Origin: Sphyrna mokarran
Taxonomy: Eukaryota
Length of the DNA stretch: 64,000 nt
Reading direction: 5' to 3'
Assembly: GCA_024679065.1 (NCBI GenBank)
Contig: JAGIQG010000004.1
Coordinates: 50,220,001-50,284,000, forward strand
Translations under genes and position numbers: made by a program
Shown here: one piece after another, positions 63,103 through 64,000 of the stretch
How the letters are laid out: every line of letters starts with the position of its first letter
Position numbering within the stretch: the first letter of the stretch is position 1
Notes under the pieces: model-generated
What the model was told of the DNA's origin: nothing
The model's database searches: none
The model's input: only the letters and a program-made list of their open reading frames with translations

Positions 63103-64000
63103 TAGAACATAGAACATTACAGCGCAGAACAGGCCCTTCGGCCCTCGATGTTGCGCCGACCAGTTAGGAAAAAGTAATGACCCTCCAACCTAAACCATTC
63201 CCTTTTCGTCCATAAACTTATCTACTAACCTCTTAAACGCCACCAAACTTGGCGCATCTGCAACTGCCGCAGGCAGGGCATTCCATACCCTTACCACCCT
63301 CTGGGTAAAGAACCTACCTCTGACATCTGTCCTAAAACCACCACCCCTTAATTTAAAGCTATGTCCCCTCGTGCTAGCTTTCTCCATCATAGGAAAAAGG
63401 CTATCACTGTCCACCCTATCTAAACCTCTAATCATCTTATATGTTTCAATAAGGTCCCCTCTTAGCCGCCTCCTTTCTAACGAAAACAACCTCAAATCCC
63501 TCAACCTCTCTTCATAAGACCTGCCCTCCATACCAGGCAACATCCTGGTAAACCTCCTCTGTACCCTCTCCAAAGCCTCCACATCTTTCTTATAATGTGG
63601 GGACCAGAACTGCACACCATACTCCAAGTGCGGCCGCACTAGAGTTTTGTACAGTTGCAACATGACGTTGCGGCTCCGAAATTCAATCCCCTACCAATAA
63701 AAGCTAAGACTCCATATGCCTTCTTAACAACCTTATCGACTTGACTGCCTACTTTCAGGGATCTATGCACATATACACCAAGATACCTCTGTTCATCAAC
63801 ACTATTAAGAATCCTACCATTAGCCCTATACTCTACACATTTATTATTCCTGCCATAGTGCATTACCTCACACTTTTCCACATTAAACTCCATTTGCCAC
63901 CTCTCGGCCCAGCTCTGCAACTTGTCTAAGTCTCTCTGCAAACTATAACACCCCTCTTCACTATCTACCACTCCTTCGACTTTGGTGTCATCCGCAAATT
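63103..64000 (-). mobile_element. Young CR1-like LINE running off the window end
   Basis: Near-identical to 55756-56655; ORF2 C-terminus with one frameshift. Confidence 0.95.

Overview
Repeat-rich vertebrate genomic DNA, very probably from a shark or other cartilaginous fish (inferred from HE1-like V-SINEs, CR1-like LINEs and Penelope elements). The one clearly intact gene is a six-exon, + strand immunoglobulin-superfamily receptor (CDS 17086-27461, 348 aa). It has a signal peptide, a germline-joined VJ-type V domain, a C1-set domain, an uncharged TM helix and a tyrosine-motif tail. All five introns are GT-AG and the phases join in frame. The right half is a tandem segmental duplication (units ~37.05-51.8 kb and ~51.8-62.8 kb). 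Each unit holds a minus-strand RBR (IBR/RING2-type) E3-ligase-like gene, and each copy has different disabling lesions. Mobile DNA includes a 5.5-kb two-LTR class I ERV with a GTAG target-site duplication (TSD) that splits a CR1, and a second ERV env remnant. There is also a gag-pro-RT remnant with a spumavirus/lokiretrovirus-like RT, a probable solo LTR, a decayed Harbinger (Myb/SANT) element, young CR1 copies, and many Penelope fragments with fold-back ends and degenerate minimal hammerhead ribozymes. A strong CTCF motif lies between the receptor gene and the duplicated cluster. Splice junctions, LTR ends and TSDs were read base by base; most other repeat boundaries are approximate. No database searches were run.
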